A stretch of DNA of 64,000 nucleotides from an uncultured Acidobacteriota bacterium (GCA_963713825.1 CAVQNG010000003.1:1408001-1472000); one strand, 5' to 3'. Positions 36,274 to 46,324 are shown, counted from the stretch's first letter. Notes: generated by a model from the letters alone, not told the origin. Translations and numbers: made by a program.

Positions 36274-38274
36274 ATGCCGAGACGAACCCTTCGCACCACC
36301 TGCCCGTTGGACTGTCCGGACGCCTGCGCCCTGGAAGTAGTGGTCCAGGAAGGTCGAGTCCAGAAGATCGGCGGTGGACGCAATCATCCGGATACAGCTG
36401 GGTTCATCTGCAGCAAAGTGGCCGGATTTCACCGACGCCTGGAGCATGAAGACCGGTTGCTGCACCCGATGCGTCGTGTGGGCGCGAAGGGAGAGGCCAA
36501 TTTCGAGCCCATTTCCTGGCCCGACGCGATTGCCGAGATCACCCAGCGTTTCCAAGCGATTCGGCAGGATTGGGGTGGCGAGGCGATCGTTCCTTTTCAC
36601 TACGGTGGCTCCAACGGTCTCCTGACGGATGACCTGTTGGATGATTTCTATTTCCGCAAGTTGGGCGCCTCGCGCTTGGAGAAGACAATCTGTGCTGCTC
36701 CGACCACCGAGGTCGCCAAGGGCATGTACGGCAAGATGCCGACGACCGCCTTTCAGGACTTTCCGCTGGCCCGTTGCATCGTGATCTGGGGAGCCAACCC
36801 GAAGGCCTCCAATATCCACCTCGTTCCCTATCTGCGTGAAGCCAAGAGTCGGGGCACATTCATTGCCGTCGTCGATCCGAGGCGCAACTTCTCGGAGGCG
36901 GAGGTAGACCTGCATTTGCCCATCCTGCCGGGTACCGACCTGCCGGTAGCCTTGGCGATGATCGACCATTTTGTGAGGATCGGGCTTGTGGACGAGACCT
37001 TCGTGGAGCACAACGTGGTCGAGCTCGAGCCGCTGTTCGAACAGGCCCAGACATGGTCACTGGAACAGGCGGCCGAGGTCTCAGGTGTCCCGGCCCAGTC
37101 AATCCAGCAGTTAGCCGAGATCTATGCCAAGTCGGAGCCGGCCCTGATCCGGTGTGGCTGGGGCCTGGAGCGCAATCGCAATGGTGGCCAGGCTGTCGCC
37201 GCTGTGCTGGCCCTACCAGCGCTGCTGGGCAAATTCGGGGTTCGAGGCGGTGGCTACACGATGAGCAACTCCGGCGCCTACTCGTTCGATCGCCAACAGC
37301 TGCTGGGCGACATGGACGAGGAGACCCGTAGCTTGAACATGACGCAGCTCGGTCGCTGGCTCAACGACCCCCTGGAGCCCCCGGTCAAGGGCCTCTTCGT
37401 CTACAACGCCAACCCAGTGGCGACGGTGCCGGACCAGAACGCTGTCCTACGGGGCCTCAGCCGTACCGATCTGTTCACCGTCGTCTTTGACCAGGTGGTC
37501 ACCGATACGGCAGCTTTCGCAGATCTTCTGCTTCCGGCAGTGACGTTCCTGGAAGGCAACGATCTGCGGGCCGGGTACGGAAGCTATGCGTTCGGCGGGA
37601 TCAAGCCGGTGATCCAGGCCCACGGCGAAGCAAAGAGCAACCAGGTAGTGTTCGCAGAGCTGGGCCGCTCGATGGGTTGGGACGACCCGCCCTTCCTATG
37701 GAGCGAGGAGGAGCTGCTACTGAGGGCACTCGAGGCTATCGAGCTCGCCGGCCAGCCACCACGCATGCTGGATCTGGCGGAAGGCCGAACCACTCCAGTC
37801 GAGTTCGAAGGCGGCGCTCCGGTTCAGTTTTCGACCGTGTTTCCGCGCACTCCAGACGGCAAGGTCCATCTGGCGCCGGAGGTCCTGGGCAAGACTCCCT
37901 ATCGTTTCCTGGAGAACCCGGTCTCCGACTTCCCGCTGGCCCTCATCACGCCAGCCTCTTCGCGGCGCACGAACAGCACCTTTGGCGAGCTCGAAACGGA
38001 ACCTGTCCGGGCCAAGCTCCACCCTGACGATGCTCTGCGACGCGACATCGAGCCCGGCGATCGCGTACGGATTCACAACGACCTGGGTGAAGTCGTTTGT
38101 CTGGCGGAGGTCGGGTCGGCAGTGCGCCCAGGGGTCGTGGTGATACCAAAAGGGGCCTGGAGGAAGGCCTCCTTCAACGGCTACACAGCCAATGCCCTTT
38201 GCCCCGACCACATCAACGACGTCGCCAACGCCGCCTGCTTCAACGACGCGAGGGTGGAGGTTGAGAAGGCCTGA
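36274..38274 (+). CDS. Molybdopterin-dependent oxidoreductase (uncharacterised DMSO-reductase-family subgroup)
   Basis: CPLDCPDAC...C.K Fe-S motif, IWGANP, DTA.FAD..LPA, C-terminal dinucleotide-binding domain. Confidence 0.9.
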   Translation: MPRRTLRTTCPLDCPDACALEVVVQEGRVQKIGGGRNHPDTAGFICSKVAGFHRRLEHEDRLLHPMRRVGAKGEANFEPISWPDAIAEITQRFQAIRQDWGGEAIVPFHYGGSNGLLTDDLLDDFYFRKLGASRLEKTICAAPTTEVAKGMYGKMPTTAFQDFPLARCIVIWGANPKASNIHLVPYLREAKSRGTFIAVVDPRRNFSEAEVDLHLPILPGTDLPVALAMIDHFVRIGLVDETFVEHNVVELEPLFEQAQTWSLEQAAEVSGVPAQSIQQLAEIYAKSEPALIRCGWGLERNRNGGQAVAAVLALPALLGKFGVRGGGYTMSNSGAYSFDRQQLLGDMDEETRSLNMTQLGRWLNDPLEPPVKGLFVYNANPVATVPDQNAVLRGLSRTDLFTVVFDQVVTDTAAFADLLLPAVTFLEGNDLRAGYGSYAFGGIKPVIQAHGEAKSNQVVFAELGRSMGWDDPPFLWSEEELLLRALEAIELAGQPPRMLDLAEGRTTPVEFEGGAPVQFSTVFPRTPDGKVHLAPEVLGKTPYRFLENPVSDFPLALITPASSRRTNSTFGELETEPVRAKLHPDDALRRDIEPGDRVRIHNDLGEVVCLAEVGSAVRPGVVVIPKGAWRKASFNGYTANALCPDHINDVANAACFNDARVEVEKA

Positions 38275-38292
38275 CCCTCCCACCTCCCCGGG

Positions 38293-38518
38293 GGTTGAGG
38301 CAGCCGGCGTTCCTTCGGCTGGTCTTTGAGGGCTTGGGGGTTAAGGAGTCCGTCGTACCTCCGGCCTGCCTTTGAGGCCTAGGGCAGTAGGGGCTTAGGG
38401 GCTTGGGGATACTGCAGTCTTGAGCCTTTGTTCCCCCAAGCCCTCGAAGACCGCTCGGCGAAGTCGCCGAGCGCCTCAACCTCAAGCCCTTAAGGAACGC
38501 CCGGCGGAGAGCCGGGCG
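38293..38518. repeat. Intergenic cluster of inverted repeats and GGGGCTT-type short repeats (REP/MITE-like)
   Basis: 19/20 IR at 38321-38340 / 38433-38452; hairpins at 38452-38473 and 38498-38518. Confidence 0.6.
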
Positions 38519-38520
38519 CC

Positions 38521-39141
38521 TCACTCCTGCTGAGGGTCTCCCCAGCGCAGACCCTCAGCACCGGCCTCGTGGATCCCGAAGCGGTCGAGCACCCGCAGGA
38601 CGTAGTGATCGAGGAAGCGGTCGAAGTCCTCGCCGCCGACATAGAACGCGGGAACCGGGGGAAGGATCACGGCTCGCAGGTAGGCGAGTCTTCTCAGGTT
38701 CTCGAGGTGGATCGTCGTCAGGGGAGTCTCGCGAAAGCCGAGCACGAACGGCCACTGCTCCTTGAGGGCCACGGCTCCGGCCCTATGGATGAGGGTCGAT
38801 GCGGAGCCGGTAGCAAGCGCCCCGAGACTACCGGCGCTGCACGGGATCACCGCCGTACCGGTCAGACGATAGGAGCCCGACGAGATGGGAGCGTCGAGCT
38901 CGTTGTCACGGTGAACGAGAACCTTGCCGCTTTCAGCCTCTGTCAACTCCGCTGCATCGATGAGATCGCCCGCCCCGGTGGTGCTGCGAGAGAGCTCGTG
39001 CTGCAGTACTTGACTCGCACCACGGGAAACCACGAGATGGACTCTCTCCACCTCGGAGCTCCGTGCCATGGCTGCGAGAACAGCCTTTGGCAGAGCCATG
39101 CCGGACGCTCCGGTCACCAACAGGGCTAAGCGATGCTTCAC
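38521..39141 (-). CDS. ubiX: Flavin prenyltransferase UbiX
   Basis: TGASG, SSGS, IPCS, LI.RAG.V.LKE, RETP, PP.PAFY. Confidence 0.9.
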   Translation of the reverse strand: MKHRLALLVTGASGMALPKAVLAAMARSSEVERVHLVVSRGASQVLQHELSRSTTGAGDLIDAAELTEAESGKVLVHRDNELDAPISSGSYRLTGTAVIPCSAGSLGALATGSASTLIHRAGAVALKEQWPFVLGFRETPLTTIHLENLRRLAYLRAVILPPVPAFYVGGEDFDRFLDHYVLRVLDRFGIHEAGAEGLRWGDPQQE

Positions 39142-39148
39142 ACGTTCC

Positions 39149-40609
39149 TCATCTCGCGAAGGCGAGGTCCTTTAGGGTGGCCGCCAGCAATTTGAAGAAC
39201 CTGTCGACCGATGCGACGTGCACGCGCTCGTCTGGGGAGTGCGGGAACTCGATCTGGGGTCCGAAGGAGATCATGTCCATGCCCGGAATCATCTCGCCAA
39301 TCAGGCCACACTCCAGGCCCGCATGGATGGCCTCGATCTTCGGGTCCGTTCCCAGCTCTCGCTCATGTACCTTTCGCACCACCTGTAGGAGCTCGGATTG
39401 GAGGTCGGGCTTCCAGCCGGGATAGCCGCCACCCTCTTCGACAGTAGCGCCTGCCAGGCTGGCGGCTGACCGAATTCGCTGACGGAGCGCCTCGAGAGCC
39501 GATGCAACAGAGCTACGGCTCGAGAGTCCGATCTCCACGGTCCCATTTTGCGGCTTGACCGTTGCGAGGTTCGTGCTGGTTTCGACCAGGCCCGCAATGT
39601 CGTAGCTCATGGAGATGACGCCGTGGGGTAGCGCTACGACCAGCGCCATGACCTTGCCTGTCGAATCATGGTCCCAGACTTCGCCGGGCACATCGACCTG
39701 CGAAATCGAGAACTGAGCACCGGGCTCGGCAGGTCGGAACTCGTCTTGGATGGCTTCGAGCGTGCCTGTAATCGCTGCTTCGAAGGCCGCTCGATCTTGA
39801 TCGGCGAGCACCACCACAGCCGAGGCTTCACGGGGTACGGCATTGTGCTTGTTGCCGCCTTCGAGCCTCGCCAGGTGGAAGGCTGTGTCCTGCCCGACGG
39901 CCCACAGGGCGCGGGTCAGAAGCTGCGTCGCGTTGCCGCGCTGCAGATGGATATCGATGCCCGAGTGTCCCCCTTTCAAACCTTTGAGCTCGACCTTCAG
40001 GGCAACCGAGCCTTCGGGAGCAGGCATCTTCGAGATGGGCAATGACAAGGCGCTGTCGGCACCGCCGGCGCAGCCGACGCAAAGGCTGCCCTCTTCCTCG
40101 GAGTCGAGATTGATGAGTCGCCGGCCTTGCAGCATCTCTGGGTCCAGGTTCGAGGCGCCAGTGAGCCCTGTTTCTTCGTCGACGGTGAAGAGCAGCTCGA
40201 GGGGGCCATGAACCATATCGTCGGCCTCCATGATGGCTAGCATGGCTGACAGGCCAATGCCGTTGTCCGAGCCCAGCGTGGTGCCAGAGGCCGTCAGATA
40301 GTCGCCGTCCTCTCGAGGTTGGATCGGATCCTGGTCGAAGTCGTGATCGACATCCGAGTTCTTCTCGTTGACCATGTCGAGATGGCTCTGCAGGATGATG
40401 ACCGGACTGTCCTCGCAGCCTTCTGTAGCCGGCTTGCTGACCACGACATTGCCGGTTCCGTCCACCTGGAACGGCAACTCCAATTTCTCTGCATGATCCA
40501 CGACGTAGGCTCGAATGCGGTCCTCCTCTTTGGAGCCGCGGGGGATGGTGAGAATCTGATCGAAGTGCCGCCAAAGGGACTTGGGTTCCAGATCTGATAC
40601 GAAAGTCAT
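39149..40609 (-). CDS. pepD: Aminoacyl-histidine dipeptidase (M20C)
   Basis: IPRGS, LQSHLDMV, TTLGSDNG, DEETG, NLDSEE, GGHSG, HAGLECG, HSPDE; ATG 40609 after GGAG. Confidence 0.93.
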   Translation of the reverse strand: MTFVSDLEPKSLWRHFDQILTIPRGSKEEDRIRAYVVDHAEKLELPFQVDGTGNVVVSKPATEGCEDSPVIILQSHLDMVNEKNSDVDHDFDQDPIQPREDGDYLTASGTTLGSDNGIGLSAMLAIMEADDMVHGPLELLFTVDEETGLTGASNLDPEMLQGRRLINLDSEEEGSLCVGCAGGADSALSLPISKMPAPEGSVALKVELKGLKGGHSGIDIHLQRGNATQLLTRALWAVGQDTAFHLARLEGGNKHNAVPREASAVVVLADQDRAAFEAAITGTLEAIQDEFRPAEPGAQFSISQVDVPGEVWDHDSTGKVMALVVALPHGVISMSYDIAGLVETSTNLATVKPQNGTVEIGLSSRSSVASALEALRQRIRSAASLAGATVEEGGGYPGWKPDLQSELLQVVRKVHERELGTDPKIEAIHAGLECGLIGEMIPGMDMISFGPQIEFPHSPDERVHVASVDRFFKLLAATLKDLAFAR

Positions 40610-40725
40610 TCGTTGCTCCTCCTGTTCAACGGCATTGTATCGTCTGCAGGCTGGCGGCCGGTCGGTTATTCGGGTCTTTTTTCCGATACAATCCTCAGGA
40701 TTTTCGACTTTCTTCGGAGGGTTCA

Positions 40726-42696
40726 ATGGCCAAGAACACGGATAAGCCGTTCGTTCCTGCTTCAACCCAGATGGCGGAGCTGACGGTCAAAGCGGTGCTG
40801 CTGGGTGTGCTGATGGCAATCGGCCTCGGAGCGGCGAACGCGTACCTGGGAATGAAGGCAGGACTCACAGTTGCAGCGACCTTCCCGGCTGCAGTGGTGG
40901 CGATGGCGGCGCTGCGTCTACTCGGAGGCACGGTCCTCGAAGAGAACGTAGCCCGAACGACCGCCTCGGTCGGAGAAGCCCTGGTGGCAGGCGCCATCTT
41001 CACCATCCCGGCGTTCGTCATCAGTGGAGCCTGGGAGAGCCTGCACTACTGGGAGGCCACCGCGATCATGATGATCGGAGGCATCCTCGGAGTTCTTTTC
41101 GTCATCGTGCTGCGTCGCACGCTGGTGGTAGAGGCCGATCTTCCGTTTCCAGAAAGCGTCGCGGCAGCGGAGATAGTCAAGGCTGGGCAGGGTGGCCAGA
41201 CAGGCGCAGCGTACGTCTTCGGCGCCATGGGTCTGGCAGCTTTGTGGGAGCTCTTCAAGAACTCCAACGGCATCCACCTGGTGCTTTCGAGCGTCCAGAA
41301 GTTCTTCGCTTTCGGCAAGTCCAACATCGAGATCTTGGGTAACAAGATCCAGTATGGCGGCGGCATGTTGCTGGAGACTCCCTCGGCCTCGCCGGCCTTG
41401 GTCGGGGTCGGTTTCATCGTCGGCATGCGGGTCTCAGCGGTGCTGTTCGCCGGCGCCGTGATGGGTTGGTGGTTTCTCGTTCCTCTGGCGATGTTCCTCA
41501 ATCCTTCATTGGCCGAGGGGGTGGACGCCGGCTCCATGCAGGCCTTGGCGACCGATATCTGGTCCAAACAGGTTCGACCTTTGGCGGTGGGAACGATGAT
41601 CGTGGCCGCGTTCTACACCTTGTGGAATTTGCGCGGCTCTTTGATCGCCGGTATCGGCAAGGCGCTGAGAGACCTCAATGTCAAGGGCGGCGGCGAAGAG
41701 ACTCTTCGTACGGAGAAGGACCTGGACTTCAAGAAGGTCTTCATGGCGATCGGTGTCATGGCCGTTGCAACGTTCTTCCTTTACTACTATTTCGCGAAGA
41801 GCGTTCCCGGCGCCCTGGTTCTGACCGTGGTGATGGTCGTTCTCGGTTTCCTGTTCGCAGCCGTGGCCGGTTACCTGGTGGCGCTGATTGGTAGCTCAAA
41901 CAACCCGATCTCAGGCCTGACGCTGAGCGCCCTGTTGATCTCGGCGGTGCTCATGGTTTTGATGGGCCTGACCGGTATCAAAGGCGTCGCCGCGGTGCTG
42001 GGTGTTGCAGGGGTGGTCTGCTGCGCGGCCGGAATCGCCGGCGACATGATGCAGGATCTGAAGGTCGGGCATATTCTCGGTGGTACACCGTGGCGCATGG
42101 AGATCGGCGAGATCATCGGTGTCATCGCGGCTGCGGCGGTCCTCGCGTTTCCCCTGATGGCTCTCGACAAGGTCTACGAGATCGGCTCGGCAGAGCTGCC
42201 AGCGCCCCAGGCAGGGCTCATGGCGCTCATGGCCAACGGCATCGTGGGTGGTGAGATGGCCTGGCCGTTGGTCATCGCCGGCATGTTCCTGGCGGTCGGT
42301 CTGATCCTGATCGGCTCACCCTCACCGATGTTGGTCGCCGTAGGCATGTACCTACCGTTCTACTCCACCGCAGCGATCTTCGTCGGTGGTCTTCTGAAGT
42401 CGGGGTTCGAGTGGTGGGCAGCACGGAAAGAAGCTACCGAAGAGGAACGAACCAGAGCAGAAAACACAGGGATCCTGCTCTCGTCCGGCTTTATCGCTGG
42501 CGAGGCGCTGATGGCTGTAGCGTTGGCCTTTCTGGTCCTTGGTGGGGACTTCTATCCGCCGCTGATCGCGATCCACGACAAGATGGCGGCCAGCCTGACG
42601 GAGATGGGATTTCCAGTGTTCTGGCTCAGCCTCATCATGTACCCGGCTCTGGCCTATCTGCTGGTGTATCTGCCGGTGAAGAAGATGCGCGAGTGA
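40726..42696 (+). CDS. OPT family oligopeptide transporter
   Basis: ANAYLGMKAG, ENVA.T.AS.GE, L.FPE..A.AE, SNNPISG, QDLK.GH..G.TP, APQA. Confidence 0.93.
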   Translation: MAKNTDKPFVPASTQMAELTVKAVLLGVLMAIGLGAANAYLGMKAGLTVAATFPAAVVAMAALRLLGGTVLEENVARTTASVGEALVAGAIFTIPAFVISGAWESLHYWEATAIMMIGGILGVLFVIVLRRTLVVEADLPFPESVAAAEIVKAGQGGQTGAAYVFGAMGLAALWELFKNSNGIHLVLSSVQKFFAFGKSNIEILGNKIQYGGGMLLETPSASPALVGVGFIVGMRVSAVLFAGAVMGWWFLVPLAMFLNPSLAEGVDAGSMQALATDIWSKQVRPLAVGTMIVAAFYTLWNLRGSLIAGIGKALRDLNVKGGGEETLRTEKDLDFKKVFMAIGVMAVATFFLYYYFAKSVPGALVLTVVMVVLGFLFAAVAGYLVALIGSSNNPISGLTLSALLISAVLMVLMGLTGIKGVAAVLGVAGVVCCAAGIAGDMMQDLKVGHILGGTPWRMEIGEIIGVIAAAAVLAFPLMALDKVYEIGSAELPAPQAGLMALMANGIVGGEMAWPLVIAGMFLAVGLILIGSPSPMLVAVGMYLPFYSTAAIFVGGLLKSGFEWWAARKEATEEERTRAENTGILLSSGFIAGEALMAVALAFLVLGGDFYPPLIAIHDKMAASLTEMGFPVFWLSLIMYPALAYLLVYLPVKKMRE

Positions 42697-42720
42697 GGCA
42701 AGCCGGCTTCTAGCCGAGCC

Positions 42721-43128
42721 ATGAATCTGCCGACTCGCAAATCGATCCGAGAAGAGGCTCTCGCCGGCGAGAACCTCCTGGAGATGGTTCCTCAACGGGT
42801 TGCAGACTGGGAGGAAGTGGAAGACCGGGTAGTGGTCGAGCGACCTCGGCCGAGCAAGCAAGGGCTGCCGGGTGTCGGCGAGAGGCTGAGCTATTTCCTT
42901 TCCATGCGTAAGATCCGGCTCGACGAACGAGGCAGCTTCCTGTGGCATCTGATCGATGGTGAGCGCAGCGTTGCGGAGGTCGTTGAGGCCATGCGCAGTG
43001 AATTTGGTGAGGAGGTCGAACCGGCCGAGGAGCGCGTCGGTCAGCTGATCCGGCTCTTGCGTCGGGAGTATCTTCTGGCTTACGCAGGCTGGGATCCTGT
43101 CTTCCCGCCGTCGGCGACGGAAAGGTGA
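42721..43128 (+). CDS. PqqD family (RRE-like) protein
   Basis: IRLDERGSFLWHLIDGERSVAEVV...F.E.VE.A..R.... Confidence 0.8.
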   Translation: MNLPTRKSIREEALAGENLLEMVPQRVADWEEVEDRVVVERPRPSKQGLPGVGERLSYFLSMRKIRLDERGSFLWHLIDGERSVAEVVEAMRSEFGEEVEPAEERVGQLIRLLRREYLLAYAGWDPVFPPSATER

Positions 43129-43214
43129 CGGAGGCGCGGGTGTTAGGATCGTTTCCTCGACGTGAAGTCTCCGAAATTCGAGCTTGAACGATCGATGATC
43201 GAAGGAGTGGAATT

Positions 43215-44354
43215 GTGAGTCCTTGGTGGCTGCGTCCACCGGCCGACGAGCCGGTGAACGATGAAAATCAGGTAGATCCGGTCAGGAAAGAGAAGGCTGG
43301 ATTTGACAGTGCTGCGGACGGGGCGGCCGTAGATTCGCCAGGCAAAGAGACGGCGCCGTCCGAGCCGGCTGTTCGGGGCAGTCAGAGGACCTCCCGTCGT
43401 CGGCCTCAGCGGGGTGGGCAGGCAGGGCGAAATCGTCGCCCGGACGGAGAAGCAGATGCGTCACCAACCCCTTCTCGGCCCAGGAGGCGTGGCAGGAGAG
43501 GCTCCCCGGCCAATAAGAATAGGGGCACCGCGCCTAATGCCGCCGCTGGTGGTGGGGCCAGGGAAGAAGCTAACGGCGCCAGCAAGTCGCCGGAGCGGCC
43601 GCCCCTCGAGGACCGCAGGCTGGCCGTTATCTGTGATCTGGAAAGCGCCACACTGGGAGCCAGAGAGAGCGGTGCAGGGCGCTTCGATATCAACCTGATC
43701 CAAGCACGATTGCTCGACAAAGGCAAAATCGTCGTCAAACGGGCCTATGCGGATTGGGATCGACACCGGGACGATAAACGGAGCTTTCACGAGGCAGGAG
43801 TGGAGCTCATCGATATCCCACAAATGCAACCCTCGGGCAAAGGCGGGGCGGGAATACGAATCGCCGTCGATGCCATGGAGCTTTGCTACTCGAAGCAGCA
43901 CCTGGACACGTTTGTCCTCATCTCAGGTGACGGCGACTTGATACCTCTGGTCTCCAAGCTCAAGGCGAACGACAAGCATGTCATTGGCGTTGGCTCTTCG
44001 GAATCGGCCGCTCCAAGCCTCATCGACAACTGCGACGAGTATCTCTTGTACGAAGATGTTCGCCGGCTAGCCGAGGTGACGCCGCAGTTGGGAAACGTCG
44101 AAGAAAGCCGGGTCGAGGTCTACACGCTTCTGGTCGAGGCCATCGAGGCGTTGATGCGGGAGAATCAACAGACTTTGTGGGGATCTGTGGTCAAGCAGAC
44201 GATCCAGCGCAAGCACCCGTCCTTCAACGAGAGCCAGCATGGGTTTTCTTCGTTTTCGAAGATGCTCGAGGAGGCAGAGGCAGCCGGGGTCATCAAGATC
44301 CGCCGAGACCAGAAATCGGGTAGCTATGTGGTGACAGGGTTTGGTCCGAGTTGA
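43215..44354 (+). CDS. NYN/LabA-DUF88 domain protein with C-terminal OST-HTH (LOTUS) and disordered N-terminus
   Basis: KRAYADW, VDAMELCY, ISGDGD..PLVSKL, VIGVG, K.PSFNE..GFSSFS.MLE; start uncertain. Confidence 0.85.
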   Translation: MSPWWLRPPADEPVNDENQVDPVRKEKAGFDSAADGAAVDSPGKETAPSEPAVRGSQRTSRRRPQRGGQAGRNRRPDGEADASPTPSRPRRRGRRGSPANKNRGTAPNAAAGGGAREEANGASKSPERPPLEDRRLAVICDLESATLGARESGAGRFDINLIQARLLDKGKIVVKRAYADWDRHRDDKRSFHEAGVELIDIPQMQPSGKGGAGIRIAVDAMELCYSKQHLDTFVLISGDGDLIPLVSKLKANDKHVIGVGSSESAAPSLIDNCDEYLLYEDVRRLAEVTPQLGNVEESRVEVYTLLVEAIEALMRENQQTLWGSVVKQTIQRKHPSFNESQHGFSSFSKMLEEAEAAGVIKIRRDQKSGSYVVTGFGPS

Positions 44355-44462
44355 GGTGGGATCTATGGACTTTTTCCTTGACAGAAAATCGCCTTGAATC
44401 AATGATTTGAAGGCTCAAGGCAGCTATGTGATAGTTTCGCGCTGCTCCCGGAGAGACGAGTT

Positions 44463-44957
44463 ATGCCGACAGCTTACGTCGAGGTCTACGAGGAGGAATT
44501 CGAGCGACTGGAACAGGCGTTGCGACGCCTGCGATACGACTCGAATGCCAAAGCCGTATTCCTGATCGACAAGAATGGTCAACAGATTGCGGCGGTAGGA
44601 GATGTGGACGAGTTCGACACCACGTCTCTGGCATCGCTGACCGCCGGTAACGTGGCGGCAACCGACGGCCTCGCCAAGTTGATCGGCGAGCGCGAGTTCT
44701 CGGTGCTGTTTCACGAAGGCCAGCGCGATCATATTCACATCTCCATTGTCGCCCGCCGAGCTATCCTGCTAGTCATTTTCGACGAGCGCTCCTCGCTCGG
44801 CTTGGTTCGGCTGCGAGTCAAGAGGGCAAGCGCCGAGATGGATGAGATCTTCGAAGACATGAACCGGAAGGAGAGTCGGGGCCCCGGAGGGCAGGTCGAG
44901 ACGAGCCCCTTTTCCGAAATCACGGACGAGGACATCGATTCCCTGTTCGGTGACTGA
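44463..44957 (+). CDS. mglB: Roadblock/LC7 protein MglB
   Basis: FLIDKNGQ, DTTSLASLTAGNVAAT.GLAKLIGE.EF..LFHEG, SSLGLVRLRVK, ITDEDID.LF tail. Confidence 0.93.
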   Translation: MPTAYVEVYEEEFERLEQALRRLRYDSNAKAVFLIDKNGQQIAAVGDVDEFDTTSLASLTAGNVAATDGLAKLIGEREFSVLFHEGQRDHIHISIVARRAILLVIFDERSSLGLVRLRVKRASAEMDEIFEDMNRKESRGPGGQVETSPFSEITDEDIDSLFGD

Positions 44958-45087
44958 GCCGAGATTGGGGCGGCGACAAAGGCTCGACCTCAAATTTCCC
45001 AACGTCGGCTTTGCGGGCTGGGACCGAGAACATCGGGAGGTTCGCTGCAAGAGTCGGCCAAGACATCTTGATGCGGATTGAAGCGAA

Positions 45088-45672
45088 ATGACCTTCATCA
45101 ACTACGCTGCGAAGGAGATCAACTGCAAGATCGTCTACTATGGCCCGGGACTCGGCGGTAAGACGACGAACCTGCAGCACATCTACAACAAGACGGCTCC
45201 GGACCGACGCGGCAAGATGATTTCACTGGCCACCGAGGCCGATCGCACGCTGTTCTTCGATTTCTTACCTCTAGATCTGGGATCGATTCGTGGCTTCACG
45301 ACGCGATTCCATCTCTACACGGTCCCTGGTCAGGTCTTCTACGACGCGAGCAGGAAGCTGATTCTCAAAGGTGTGGACGGGGTCGTCTTCGTGGCTGACA
45401 GCCAGACCGACCGGATGGAGGCCAATGTCGAGTCGATTCGGAATCTCGAGTTGAACCTGGACGAGCACGGATTCGATCTGCAAGGCATCCCCTATGCACT
45501 TCAGTTCAACAAACGGGATCTGCCCAACATCATGCCGGTCGACGAGATGTATCGGATGCTGAACTTCAAACGCGAACCCACCTTTGCCGGTATCGCTCCA
45601 CAGGGTGTGGGTGTCTTCGAGACGCTCAAGTCAGTCGCCAAGCAGATACTGGTCGAGTTGCGGAAGAAGTAA
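45088..45672 (+). CDS. mglA: Ras-like GTPase MglA
   Basis: [37 protein letters not shown]. Confidence 0.96.
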   Translation: MTFINYAAKEINCKIVYYGPGLGGKTTNLQHIYNKTAPDRRGKMISLATEADRTLFFDFLPLDLGSIRGFTTRFHLYTVPGQVFYDASRKLILKGVDGVVFVADSQTDRMEANVESIRNLELNLDEHGFDLQGIPYALQFNKRDLPNIMPVDEMYRMLNFKREPTFAGIAPQGVGVFETLKSVAKQILVELRKK

Positions 45673-45697
45673 GAGCGCACAACCACTAGGGAGACAG

Positions 45698-46324
45698 ATG
45701 GCGAAGCGGTGGAAGAAACAGGAGATCACCTACCTCAAGCGGTACGCCGAGAAGAAACACGTAGCCGAATTGGCAGAGCGGTTTCGGACCAACAACGACG
45801 AAGTTTCCCGCAAGCTGACCGAGCTCGGCCTCGAGGCCAAAGACAGTGCCTCGATTCGGGCACTTCCACCAGATCCGCAGATCGGGATCTTCGAGAAGGG
45901 TCTCAAAGCTCTCCATCAGAACAAGTGGCGAGAAGCCAGCAAGTACTTCGAGAAGATCCTGGAAGAGACTGGCGAGAGTGACCTCGCTCAGCGCTCTCGA
46001 CGGTATCTGGGTATCTGTCAAAAGAACCTGGCGAAGTCGGGCACGAAGAACAGAGACCCATTTCTGCAGGCGGTCTACGAAAGCAACCGTGGTAACTACG
46101 AAGAGGCTCTGGCGCTCTGCAGCCGGGGTGGTCGGCAGAGCAAGGACGAGCGCTTTGCCTACCTGGCTGCTGCCGTCTACAGCCTGATGGGAGAGCTCGA
46201 GAAGGCGTCGAAGTTCCTCACGGTGGCGATCGAGCTCAATCCAAAGAACCGCATCCATGCCTACCACGACACGGACTTCGAAACGCTCCGAGACAGCTCA
46301 GAGTACCGACATCTCTTCGACTGA
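45698..46324 (+). CDS. TPR-repeat protein with N-terminal HTH-like segment
   Basis: ATG 45698 after GGAG; W...E..YLK..LA.RF N-terminus; TPR helices ending AIELNP..R..A..D.DF..LR. Confidence 0.75.
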   Translation: MAKRWKKQEITYLKRYAEKKHVAELAERFRTNNDEVSRKLTELGLEAKDSASIRALPPDPQIGIFEKGLKALHQNKWREASKYFEKILEETGESDLAQRSRRYLGICQKNLAKSGTKNRDPFLQAVYESNRGNYEEALALCSRGGRQSKDERFAYLAAAVYSLMGELEKASKFLTVAIELNPKNRIHAYHDTDFETLRDSSEYRHLFD

